This document shows positions 29,035 through 37,888 of a DNA stretch of 38,437 bases, in pieces. Location: positions 1-38,437 of the forward strand of contig DACO01000145.1 of the NCBI GenBank assembly GCA_002508635.1, written 5' to 3'. Below the pieces are notes generated by a model. It made no database searches and was not told where the DNA came from. It was given only the letters and a program-made list of their open reading frames with translations. The position numbers and the translations under genes are program-made. Origin of the DNA: Methanolobus sp. UBA118 (lineage in GTDB: Archaea > Halobacteriota > Methanosarcinia > Methanosarcinales > Methanosarcinaceae). The stretch's first letter is position 1, and each line of letters begins with the position of its first letter.

Positions 29035-29631
29035 TTATTCTAATCCTGTCCACACCTGAACAACCGTACTGGTATCCATATCGACAAGAGCAGATATCGA
29101 AATGTCCAGCCATGTTACACTGATCAGAGTCTTTCCGGTATAGAATTTCTCCGAGGTCTTTGGTAGTATTTGTTTTACGGAAGGATCTCCCTTAATTTGC
29201 ATACCGGAATCCATAGCACTGGCAATTTCTTCGTTCTCAATGGCCAGAACAATAGCTTCAGAACGGACAGATTCAGGAATAGCTTCAAGGATATATCCGG
29301 CGAGTATCAGCTCATCGTCATGATATGTAAAGTCATATCTGTCAGCATATCTTGAATCAGGGGAAGAAGCTGTAGCATGTATGTGTATTTTGTTACTCTC
29401 CTCTGATGCGCTGAGTGTTATGTTATCGTATTCTATACCAGGATAAGGACTGAGCTGTTGAGCGATGTCTTCCTCGATCTTATCAAAGTCTGCAGGAGTT
29501 GTGCCAATCCATTGGAATTCATTAACAGAAGAAGAAGGAGTGGAATCTGTCAGGGAAAAAATACCGGCGGAGAGAAAAATCATTATCAATATGGCTATGG
29601 ACATTTTAGAAATATGGACCATGGATTTCAC
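29035..29631 (-). CDS. Secreted hypothetical protein
   Basis: 198 aa, signal or TM helix, then a soluble acidic domain. Confidence 0.75.
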   Translation of the reverse strand: MKSMVHISKMSIAILIMIFLSAGIFSLTDSTPSSSVNEFQWIGTTPADFDKIEEDIAQQLSPYPGIEYDNITLSASEESNKIHIHATASSPDSRYADRYDFTYHDDELILAGYILEAIPESVRSEAIVLAIENEEIASAMDSGMQIKGDPSVKQILPKTSEKFYTGKTLISVTWLDISISALVDMDTSTVVQVWTGLE

Positions 29632-29680
29632 CTGAAAAGAGAGACGGACATATCAGTATGTCCGTGCACCATGCTTATTT

Positions 29681-30961
29681 TCAATCTCCGATAGTTATGG
29701 AATATTCAAACCTTTCTATATTGACTGGAAGTATGCTTAATGTCCATTCTCCGATGGAACCTGATGTATCATATGTCTCTACGTATGATTCCGTAACTTC
29801 CTGATAAATTCCGGCACCATCGATCTCCCAGGGTGGATAGGAGGAAGCTCCGAGACTTACGGTACCGCTATAAGTAGTTTTAACCAGGTTTAGTTCAACA
29901 TCACCTGATCCATTCTGGAGTGTCAGGTCAAAAGAAGGATCTTCATTTTGGTTTTGGCTGTCTGCTTCCATCCATCTGTCATAATTGTAAGTATTGGTGG
30001 ATACCTCTATAATTATAGGATTATTGGTCTGGGTTGTGAATACCTTGGTGTAAGTTTCAGTAGGCTGGGTCCATACTTCAAATTCCAACGATACTTCATC
30101 ATCCCACTCATCTATTGAAGGATCGTCAATGTCCAGATCAATAGAGCCGAAATATGTTCCTTTTGCATCATCTGGTACTTCAAGGTGTACGTTCACAACA
30201 GCCGTTTCTCCTGCTTTTACAACAGAAGGAGCGGTGATGCTGATTGCATCGTTTTCAAATGCAAGTGAACTTGTTCCGTAGATACTGGAAAAATACCGTT
30301 GTTCGTCACTAAACTCCGGATCGATCCCAATATCATGGTCACCTATATTCTTAAGCTTGATCTCATAATCATATACTTCTCCTGATTCGACACGGTCACT
30401 TACATATGGTGTTTGTATCTGAATGTTCGGAGGAGTCCATACTTCGATAAAGAAGTGCATGGCATTGATATATTGTGGATAGACTGAATATGTTTGCGGC
30501 ATTACATCATCTGTAAATGCAATATCAGCCCCGTAATTTCCAATATCTGCGTCTTCAGGAATGTCCACCGTAATTATAAATTCTACCTTTTCATCTGGTT
30601 CCAGGTCTTTGCTGGCAGGTGTTATGCTGATCCAGCTTTCATCAAAGAGGTTTTGTTCATAAGCAGTTGGAACCATTTTTGGTTCGAGCGTGATTGTTTT
30701 ATTATCTTTGTTAGTCACTGTTACTGAGATCTCATCATTGCTCCCCGGTTTTAACCGAGTGTTCGAATAAGTCGGATTGATATTAAGTTTTGCAAAAGTT
30801 ATATCCTGGTATAGTATTGATTCATCATTAACTTCAATCACTTCCGCCTCTGAGGTCGAGTACATTTTAACATCTGCGCTGACAACAGGCGAAAAAGCAA
30901 GTCCGATGAGTAGCATTGAAACAATTAAGCTGTGTATTCGTATTCTTTCCTTGTTGTGCAT
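29681..30961 (-). CDS. Secreted protein with two Ig-like (COG1470-type) domains
   Basis: Signal peptide ending VSA; internal duplication (LKPG...VTVTN...VDIPEDADIGNYGADI...EVWT and VESG...IKLKN...LEVPDDAKGTYFGSI...EVWT); GAGG RBS. Confidence 0.82.
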   Translation of the reverse strand: MHNKERIRIHSLIVSMLLIGLAFSPVVSADVKMYSTSEAEVIEVNDESILYQDITFAKLNINPTYSNTRLKPGSNDEISVTVTNKDNKTITLEPKMVPTAYEQNLFDESWISITPASKDLEPDEKVEFIITVDIPEDADIGNYGADIAFTDDVMPQTYSVYPQYINAMHFFIEVWTPPNIQIQTPYVSDRVESGEVYDYEIKLKNIGDHDIGIDPEFSDEQRYFSSIYGTSSLAFENDAISITAPSVVKAGETAVVNVHLEVPDDAKGTYFGSIDLDIDDPSIDEWDDEVSLEFEVWTQPTETYTKVFTTQTNNPIIIEVSTNTYNYDRWMEADSQNQNEDPSFDLTLQNGSGDVELNLVKTTYSGTVSLGASSYPPWEIDGAGIYQEVTESYVETYDTSGSIGEWTLSILPVNIERFEYSITIGD

Positions 30962-31095
30962 ATTTATCCTCTTCTTGATTTGATCAGTTTGCCCACTGGT
31001 TCGGAATTTAGACTCTTTATTAAATTTAATTTCTAGTATACAACATTATTTTTAATGTGTTATATGCAGTTGTAATCTGACTTATAAATTAATTA

Positions 31096-31113
31096 TGGCC
31101 ATAACATCAAACT
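31096..31113 (-). promoter_or_regulatory. 18-bp island motif, copy G
   Basis: AGTTTGATGTTATGGCCA, 7 nt, then TTTATAAG; heads the long minus-strand gene run starting at 30961. Confidence 0.78.
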
Positions 31114-31160
31114 ATTTAGGTAGTCTATCGGACGTTAAATGGTTGTAAAGAGATATTTAC

Positions 31161-31178
31161 AGTTGGACGATTCGGCCA
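31161..31178 (+). promoter_or_regulatory. 18-bp island motif, copy H
   Basis: AGTTGGACGATTCGGCCA, 7 nt, then TTTATAAG; upstream of 31243. Confidence 0.78.
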
Positions 31179-31242
31179 TAAGTAGTTTATAAGAACTATG
31201 TTATTTTTTAATAATTTAATAAAGAAGTTAACAAGGATACAT

Positions 31243-31365
31243 ATGGCAAAGAGATCATTATTGATATTATTCTTAATAGGTCTGAACCTGCTCATATCAG
31301 GCTGCTTTGATGAAGGTTTCACAGCTGAGCAGATTGCTCAGAAGAAACGGAGTAAAGGAATATGA
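31243..31365 (+). pseudogene. Truncated paralogue of the LolA-like lipoprotein 17441..18559
   Basis: MAKRSLLILFLIGLNLLISGCFDEGFTAEQIAQK versus MKKKALLALFLIGLSIFISGCVDDELTAEQIAEK; stops after 40 aa, overlapping the next ATG. Confidence 0.85.
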
Positions 31366-31757
31366 ACACAAGAAGAATAGCATTGAGTTTGTTGATCATG
31401 GCAGTGTTTTTCCTTATGATAGCCGTAACTATGGAAGATGTCAAGGAGGAAGATGAAGAAATGCCATCAACTCCCTGGTTTGAAACGGGAGATGAATTAG
31501 GAGATGAATTGAGTCGCCTTTCGACAGATGAACTCCGTGAACTGGCTAAGACAAACGAATCCGTGCGAGAACTTATCGAAGAGGATATGAAGATTGATCC
31601 AGTTAAGATTGAATCCATTGAAGATTTGGAGCATTTACCTGAAAATTATCCTGAGGAATTGAAAAGGAAGTATCTTGAAGATTTGGGATATGCACCTAGT
31701 AATCAATCGCTAGAAGATGCAGAGTCAAATAATACAAGTATGTATCATTTGAGCTGA
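31362..31757 (+). CDS. Small acidic secreted or membrane-anchored protein
   Basis: 131 aa; N-terminal hydrophobic helix, then a very Glu/Asp-rich domain. Confidence 0.7.
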   Translation: MNTRRIALSLLIMAVFFLMIAVTMEDVKEEDEEMPSTPWFETGDELGDELSRLSTDELRELAKTNESVRELIEEDMKIDPVKIESIEDLEHLPENYPEELKRKYLEDLGYAPSNQSLEDAESNNTSMYHLS

Positions 31758-32518
31758 GAATAATACCTTCTGGACCTGCCATCTTTTTCAGTGCAGATAA
31801 AATCATCCTTTTTAAGTTCTGTTATGTGCCAGTGTACTGTACTTTTGTCGATGTTGAGATGTGAGGACAACTCCTGTCCGGTGATACCCGGCCTTTCAGT
31901 TATAGTCTGAATTATTTGTTTACGGTTTTTGTTCTTCCTGTGAAGATGAAGTAGCTTTTGACCATCAGTTTTTGAACAAGTGATGTGGAATATACCTTTT
32001 ATCTTACCTTTTTTAATAGTCTGTATACGATTATCAGAGACCAGTCTTGAGATATAGTACCTAAGAGTACCTCGTTTTATATCCAGATCTCTGGATATCT
32101 CGGATTCCAGACAGCCGGGATTCTCAGTTATGTAAGAAACAATTTCCTGCAGTTTTGGATTTATATCCCTGGATAGTATTTTTCCAAGTAAGATCGGGAA
32201 GCATTTCAGTAGTGTAAGCGTAGAGAATGCAGCTCCGCTTATAACAGATAGTTGTATCCACAAAGGCAGTTCCCAGAAAGTGATAGTTTTATCAGCTCCA
32301 CTGCTTTTAACTATCTCGTCTTCACCTATTGGTCCGACTGCCGGGGTTACGATGTAACCACCATTATCATCAGGATGAAATATTTCTAATGGATGCAACA
32401 GAAGGAAAAATGGGTCCCTATTAATGAGATCATTACCATTCAAAGTGCAAACTGATAGTATAGTTACTAAAATAGCTAACAGGATAATTCCTTTTTTAAT
32501 GATTGAAACCGTTTTCAT
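31745..32518 (-). CDS. Membrane-anchored transcriptional regulator with two winged-helix domains (COG3398-like)
   Basis: TM1 (IILLAILVTILSV), loop GGYIVTP...GAD..ITFWELPLW, TM2, then ENPGCLESEISRDLDIKRGTLRYYISRL and RPGITGQELSSHLNIDKSTVHWHITEL with wing KDGRSRRY. Confidence 0.88.
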   Translation of the reverse strand: MKTVSIIKKGIILLAILVTILSVCTLNGNDLINRDPFFLLLHPLEIFHPDDNGGYIVTPAVGPIGEDEIVKSSGADKTITFWELPLWIQLSVISGAAFSTLTLLKCFPILLGKILSRDINPKLQEIVSYITENPGCLESEISRDLDIKRGTLRYYISRLVSDNRIQTIKKGKIKGIFHITCSKTDGQKLLHLHRKNKNRKQIIQTITERPGITGQELSSHLNIDKSTVHWHITELKKDDFICTEKDGRSRRYYSQLK

Positions 32519-32666
32519 AATCTTAGAATATTGTCCATTATACTACCAAAAAAATCATACCCGATGCACCAGTAAATACAGAACTTAGTAGTAAACCCCG
32601 TTTGTGTCCTGTCATAATTTTTTATATTTATCGCTCAGAAAATTTTCTAAAGAGATATATTCTTTT

Positions 32667-32684
32667 TGGCCATAATGTCCAACT
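32667..32684 (-). promoter_or_regulatory. 18-bp island motif, copy I (upstream of the regulator)
   Basis: AGTTGGACATTATGGCCA, 7 nt, then TATAT; about 150 nt before the regulator start. Confidence 0.75.
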
Positions 32685-32767
32685 AAATATTTTTTACATT
32701 TCCATCTATACGTGCAATTTTTCTGGAATTACACCAATATTAGAAATAATTGTAGTAGTTGAGATCT

Positions 32768-33370
32768 ATGACAGCAATGCAGGATTATCTGAAACCAACA
32801 TCCATCATCGATTTTGAACATCCGGCTGTAATGGAAAAAGCAAAGGAACTTGCAGTGGAAACAGAGGACCCAATAAAGATAGCAAGACTCTGTTTTGAGT
32901 TTGTTAGGGACGGGATCAAACATAGTCATGATTACCACATGAATCCTGTCACCCTGAAAGCATCCGAGGTCCTGGAACATGGCACAGGTTATTGCTATGC
33001 CAAAAGCCATCTACTGGCAGCGCTTCTCAGAGCGAATTCAATTCCGGCAGGTATCTGTTACCAGCGCCTGAGCAGAGATGATAAGGGAGCTCCTTTTTGT
33101 CTGCATGCCCTGAATGCAGTTTATCTGGAAGGAATTGGATGGTATCGCATTGATGCCAGGGGGAACAAGGAAGGAGTGAATGCCCGGTTCAGCCCACCTC
33201 ATGAGCAGCTTGCATATGAGATAAGAATTGAAGGGGAAGCCGACCTGCCTGAAATCTGGGCAGACCCGCTTCTGCCTGTCGTGGAAGTTCTGAGCAAGTA
33301 CAAAGACTATGCTGAAGTCTACGATAATCTACCTGATGTTTTATTGATAGCGAATAACTGTGACGGATAA
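32768..33370 (+). CDS. Transglutaminase-like family protein
   Basis: GYCYAKSHLLAALLRA, LHALNAVY and WYRIDARG Cys-His-Asp triad; start at 32759, 32768 or 32777. Confidence 0.88.
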   Translation: MTAMQDYLKPTSIIDFEHPAVMEKAKELAVETEDPIKIARLCFEFVRDGIKHSHDYHMNPVTLKASEVLEHGTGYCYAKSHLLAALLRANSIPAGICYQRLSRDDKGAPFCLHALNAVYLEGIGWYRIDARGNKEGVNARFSPPHEQLAYEIRIEGEADLPEIWADPLLPVVEVLSKYKDYAEVYDNLPDVLLIANNCDG

Positions 33371-33426
33371 ACACAGGCGAAAAACGTATATCAAACTAAT
33401 TACGCTCTTTTAATCGGGGGTAGAAA

Positions 33427-33873
33427 ATGAGCGTAAAAATAGACAGGATATTGATAGCTACCGATGGTTCTGAAAATGTAAAGAACGCAGTAGACTGGGG
33501 TATCGAACTTGCAAAGAGAAACAATGGGAAAGTCACAGCCCTTTATGTGGTCCCGCCTTCAGGCATCTCTCTGGCCATGCGCGGTGAGATGTGGGCCAGG
33601 GGACTGCATGAGCACCTGAAAGAAGAGGGTGGTAAAGCTGTTGAATATGTCAATGACCTGGGTGCGAAAGAAGGAGTGGAAGTAGAATCCGAGATAATCG
33701 AGGATAGGGATCCTGCGGATGCAATTGTGGACTTCGCTTATGAAAATAATATCGACCTGATAGTTATGGGAACGCTGGGTAGAACAGGACTTGACCATAT
33801 ACTGCTCGGAAGTGTCGCTGAAAACGTTGTTCGTCACTCAAAGAAACAGGTACTAGTGGTACCGGCAAAATAA
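33427..33873 (+). CDS. Universal stress protein (UspA family)
   Basis: ILIATDGS, DLIVMGTLGRTG...LGSVAENVVR. Confidence 0.95.
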   Translation: MSVKIDRILIATDGSENVKNAVDWGIELAKRNNGKVTALYVVPPSGISLAMRGEMWARGLHEHLKEEGGKAVEYVNDLGAKEGVEVESEIIEDRDPADAIVDFAYENNIDLIVMGTLGRTGLDHILLGSVAENVVRHSKKQVLVVPAK

Positions 33874-33930
33874 AAGTCGATAAAGATTTTATCGGAAAGA
33901 TAAAAAGAAGGGCAAGGGTAAATTAACTTA

Positions 33931-35331
33931 TTACCCCATACCGATAGCCGTAAGCCCCGCATTTATACCGCTCTGGATTATCTCCTGCGGATTGATGCCT
34001 GTTACCTCGAGCATGACATAGACTCCAAGGAAAGTCCCGATCATACTTCCAAGGTTTGCAAGCGCTGCCACCATTATGACCCTGAAGAGGTTGTTCTTCA
34101 TCATGTCCTCGGTGGACTCGATGTCCACCATTCCCTTGAAGTCATCTGTGGTTGGGTTGCGGTATTTTGCCTCGGTAAGACCTGCAAACCAGCCTGCAGC
34201 CATCATGGGATTCAGGGACGTAAGCCATGCAACTGAAAAAGCGGTGATTACCGAGTAAGGATGACCCCTTGCAAGGATGGCTCCTGCGGCACTGAGCACC
34301 CCGTTGATCACAAACCACCAGGCAAATGCCAGCAGCATGGTCTCAAGGGGCACCCCTGACAGGATCAGCAGTGCAAAGGTCGCAAGGGCGATTCCCACGA
34401 TCACAAAACCAAAGACTTTCATTATACTGAAGCGCTTTTTAGGAGCTTCGGTGGCATATTCAGTCTTTGGAAGGGTATCGGGATTCTCAATATATTTCTG
34501 GATACCTGCCCTGTGCCCTGCACCCACAACTGCAACGATTTTTTTCCCGCCTCCTGATGCGGCCCTGAGAAGATTTCTTGCCATATAGGCATCCCTCTCA
34601 TCGATCAGGACCTTGACTGCATTTGGAGAGGTCTCCCTGAACTCCTCAACAAGCATGGAAACGATGTCCTGATTTGTTATGGTATCCATATCGATATCCT
34701 TGGTACCGCCGATGCCAAGCACCGCAGCGATCAACCCGCCAAGCATTTTCAGTTTTTCAACAAAGCCCATCTTGCTCCAGAAACGCTGCAGTGTTACCTG
34801 CACATTCCTGTCTATAAGAAGGATCCTGGCTCCGTTCTCCTCAGCCGCATCCATGGCACTGATCATCTCGGCACCCGGCTGGATGCCCATCTCGTCGGCG
34901 AATTTCTTCTGTACATGGGCAAGCAGCATGTGTACTATATAGAAATACACCTTGCCTTCCCTGAGCAGGTCTTTCACAGGAATGTCCGTATTTTCGACAT
35001 TGCCCTTTAGCGAATCGTATCTTGCCTTGCACAGTTCCACGGCTACAATATCCGGTTTTTCCCGCTCTATTGTACTGATAACTTCCCTGACACTTTTCTC
35101 AGAAACGTGAGCTGTTCCCACTATAATTATCTGAGAAGGTATGTTTTCCCGGTCTTCATTTTCCTGACCTGCTGTAGATGAGATAATATCCTTTACAATG
35201 TCAACTTCTGTCTGTTCATTCGTCGACGACATGGAAGCGACATTCTCCGCAGGGTGAAAGTCTCCCGAATCATTCAGCTCGTATTCACTGAATGCTCCCT
35301 GCGAATCATCAAAATTACTGGATTTTTTCAA
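33931..35331 (-). CDS. TraB/PrgY (pheromone shutdown) family membrane protein
   Basis: VGTAHVS, VAVELC..R, PGAEM, LIDERDAYM, VVGAGH, C-terminal TM helices. Confidence 0.92.
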   Translation of the reverse strand: MKKSSNFDDSQGAFSEYELNDSGDFHPAENVASMSSTNEQTEVDIVKDIISSTAGQENEDRENIPSQIIIVGTAHVSEKSVREVISTIEREKPDIVAVELCKARYDSLKGNVENTDIPVKDLLREGKVYFYIVHMLLAHVQKKFADEMGIQPGAEMISAMDAAEENGARILLIDRNVQVTLQRFWSKMGFVEKLKMLGGLIAAVLGIGGTKDIDMDTITNQDIVSMLVEEFRETSPNAVKVLIDERDAYMARNLLRAASGGGKKIVAVVGAGHRAGIQKYIENPDTLPKTEYATEAPKKRFSIMKVFGFVIVGIALATFALLILSGVPLETMLLAFAWWFVINGVLSAAGAILARGHPYSVITAFSVAWLTSLNPMMAAGWFAGLTEAKYRNPTTDDFKGMVDIESTEDMMKNNLFRVIMVAALANLGSMIGTFLGVYVMLEVTGINPQEIIQSGINAGLTAIGMG

Positions 35332-35358
35332 TTCTTATCCTCTTAAAGCATTTTGAAC

Positions 35359-36450
35359 TTATTCGTTCAGTAACGTCATTGTACGCATGAGATCCGATCT
35401 TGAGAGTATCCCGACCAGCTCTCCGTCACTAACAACCAGCAGACGCCCGACATTATTTAGTGTCATCACCTTAAACGCCTCTGATGCCGTATCTTCCGGA
35501 CTCACCGAGATTATATCCCTTGTCATTACATCCGAAACAAGGGTTGCAAAACGGTCGGTTGGAATGATGTTACGTATATCTGTAAATGTCACAATCCCTT
35601 TTAAAGAGTTACCCTGCATGACAGGATATCCGAGATGTTTGTTCTCAAACATAAACTTTGAGAGTTCTTCCACAGTAATATCAGGAGATACTGTCCGCAC
35701 GTCTTCTGACATGATATCACTGACATTGTATTTTTCCAGGAGCACGGAAATAGTGGTTGATTTGTCCTCCTCGGATGCGCCGATATATACAAAAAATGCT
35801 ATCAATATAAGCCAGGGATTGAAGAAAAGGCCCACAAGTCCCATGAGAAAGGCAAACATTTTCCCAAAGCCTGCTGCATAATGAGTGGCCTTGACATAGC
35901 TCATCCTTTTTGCATACCATGCCCTGAGCAGCCTTCCGCCGTCCATTGGAAACGCAGGTAGCAGGTTGAAGAGTCCCAGCACTATATTAATAGAACCCAG
36001 GATGTAGAACATCAGCCAGATTGAAGTCCCACCGTAACCCGAAGCGATGGAAGCTAAAATATAGTTTGCACCAAGGAGAATAAAACCGATAATAAAACTT
36101 ACCAGCGGACCTGCAAAGGCCATCCTCAGTTCCTGAGAAGGTTCCCTGGGAATCTCCTCCATGGAAGATACGCCACCAAACAAAAGCAATGTAATATCCT
36201 TGATCTCAACGCCATAACTCTTTGCAATATAAGAATGCCCGAGCTCATGCAAGAGTATGCAGGCAAAAAGGAGAATCGTTGTCAGAAGAGATAGTGCATA
36301 GTTAAGGATGACCGGAGTCGTGCCCGCAAAACCAAGCGGATACTCGTTGATCGAAAAGACCAGAGCAAAAACAGGAAGGATAAGTAAAAACGTTATGTGG
36401 AGTTTTACAGGTATCCCCATTATACTCCCGATCTTAAGTGATGAATTCAT
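35359..36450 (-). CDS. Site-2 (M50) zinc metalloprotease with CBS pair
   Basis: HELGH, FAGP, NLLPAFPMDGGR, two CBS domains. Confidence 0.95.
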   Translation of the reverse strand: MNSSLKIGSIMGIPVKLHITFLLILPVFALVFSINEYPLGFAGTTPVILNYALSLLTTILLFACILLHELGHSYIAKSYGVEIKDITLLLFGGVSSMEEIPREPSQELRMAFAGPLVSFIIGFILLGANYILASIASGYGGTSIWLMFYILGSINIVLGLFNLLPAFPMDGGRLLRAWYAKRMSYVKATHYAAGFGKMFAFLMGLVGLFFNPWLILIAFFVYIGASEEDKSTTISVLLEKYNVSDIMSEDVRTVSPDITVEELSKFMFENKHLGYPVMQGNSLKGIVTFTDIRNIIPTDRFATLVSDVMTRDIISVSPEDTASEAFKVMTLNNVGRLLVVSDGELVGILSRSDLMRTMTLLNE

Positions 36451-36733
36451 GCTTTGTTGTTAGATGAGCTTCGTATTTAATTTTATCCGGGGATTAGAAA
36501 AAACTCAGACAGAACTTTTTGATCTGGAATCTGCCTTTATACTTATCCTTAAAAATTACTCAAACTGATTACTTTCACCCTGCTTGGATCATAAGTATAT
36601 ATTATACATACAGATTTCCACTCAAGCACGGGCCTGATGAACACACGTCCTACAAGTTTCAGGGCATGGTGTCATCAGCCTCATCCCCTCAACCATTGCT
36701 CCTTGACTATTTTATTTTATATTTCCAAATTCT

Positions 36734-37888
36734 TCAGGACCGAAGTGCTTTTTCAAGATCGTCAATGAACATATCAATGGTTCCGATATCAAGATGAGGC
36801 ATTATTACAAGCCTTAATGCCTTCGGATCCTGGGTGATGGAAACATGCCAGTCATATTCGCTGGAAAGTTTTGTACGGAGGGTCGTAGGATGTGGAACCT
36901 CCAGTGCCACAACATTCATTACAGGATCGATAACAGGCCGGATACCAAGTCCTTTTACCCTTTCTACCAGATGACTGGTAAGGTCCATGCATCTTTCAAC
37001 CACTTTTGAGTATCCTTCTACCCCCAGGAACTTCATCACAGCATAGGTCGCTGCAACCGCTGCACCACTTCTGGTCCCTGTGAGTGTGTATTGGGTATCC
37101 ACTGTAAGATAGGGAGCATGTACTCTCAGATGATTGATGTACTCGAAGTCCCTGAAAAGCAGCACACCTGAAGGAATGGTACTAAGACCCATCTTGTGAG
37201 GATCAACTGCCATGGAAGTTACCCCCGGAAGGGAAAAATCGAATTTGTGATCCCCGGAAATGAACGGCAGTACAAAACCACCAAACGCCGCATCTATGTG
37301 CAGCGGAAGAGAATGAGACATTGCAATTTCCGATATCTTTCCTATCGGATCCACCTGTCCGAATTCCGTGGAACCTGCAATAGCAACCAGCCCAACGGTA
37401 TTCTCATCTATAAGAGACTGCATTGAATCCACACAGACTTTCATCTGATGGTCCAGATCAGCCTTTCTTACCTCCATATCAAGGATATCGGCGATCTTGT
37501 CAAAAGAAAAATGAGCAGATGCGGGAACCACTATATTCGGTCTTACTTCAGAACTGTCATAGTTTCCCCGATCTCTCGAGAAATTACGCATTGCACGAAC
37601 TGCCTGAATATTTGACTCCGTTCCACCGGTTGTAAGATAGCCTTCAACAGAACCGCAGTGATATATATCACCCAGCATCAGGATTATTTGCTTTTCCAGA
37701 TCATGGGTACCCTTGAAAAGACCAAAATCACCCATGTTAGACTCAATGAACTGCATATGTGCCCTGACTGCAACCTCATGGGGATAGGTGCACATTGAAC
37801 TGAGAACCCGCTGATAGCTGAAGTCCTTTTTTTTCGCATCATTAAGAAGAGAGAAGATCTCTTCCTCGCTAACTCCGGTTTGCTTCAT
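36734..37888 (-). CDS. mfnA: L-tyrosine/L-aspartate decarboxylase
   Basis: [36 protein letters not shown] (PLP lysine), TLTGTRSG. Confidence 0.93.
   Translation of the reverse strand: MKQTGVSEEEIFSLLNDAKKKDFSYQRVLSSMCTYPHEVAVRAHMQFIESNMGDFGLFKGTHDLEKQIILMLGDIYHCGSVEGYLTTGGTESNIQAVRAMRNFSRDRGNYDSSEVRPNIVVPASAHFSFDKIADILDMEVRKADLDHQMKVCVDSMQSLIDENTVGLVAIAGSTEFGQVDPIGKISEIAMSHSLPLHIDAAFGGFVLPFISGDHKFDFSLPGVTSMAVDPHKMGLSTIPSGVLLFRDFEYINHLRVHAPYLTVDTQYTLTGTRSGAAVAATYAVMKFLGVEGYSKVVERCMDLTSHLVERVKGLGIRPVIDPVMNVVALEVPHPTTLRTKLSSEYDWHVSITQDPKALRLVIMPHLDIGTIDMFIDDLEKALRS

Larger units (their letters stand above)
14600..32700. other. Accessory cell-envelope gene island
   Basis: Visibly more AT-rich than the flanks; nearly all ORFs have signal peptides, lipoboxes or TM helices; many gene fragments; no integrase, transposase or tRNA seen. 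Confidence 0.7.

Noticed and set aside
14621-32684. 18-bp motif as Xer/dif-like or other recombination sites, or as CRISPR repeats
   Set aside because: There are no long inverted arms around a 6-bp spacer, no regular repeat-spacer period and no recombinase or cas genes; the spacing to TATA boxes fits an operator better.
14600-32700. Island as a provirus or integrative element
   Set aside because: No integrase, replication, packaging or capsid genes, and no terminal att repeats or tRNA were seen.
36620-36700. Hammerhead ribozyme or fluoride riboswitch (CTGATGA...GAAAC; GCTGATGAC)
   Set aside because: The segment between CUGAUGA and GAAA cannot form stem II, and the riboswitch P1 and pseudoknot pairings are missing.
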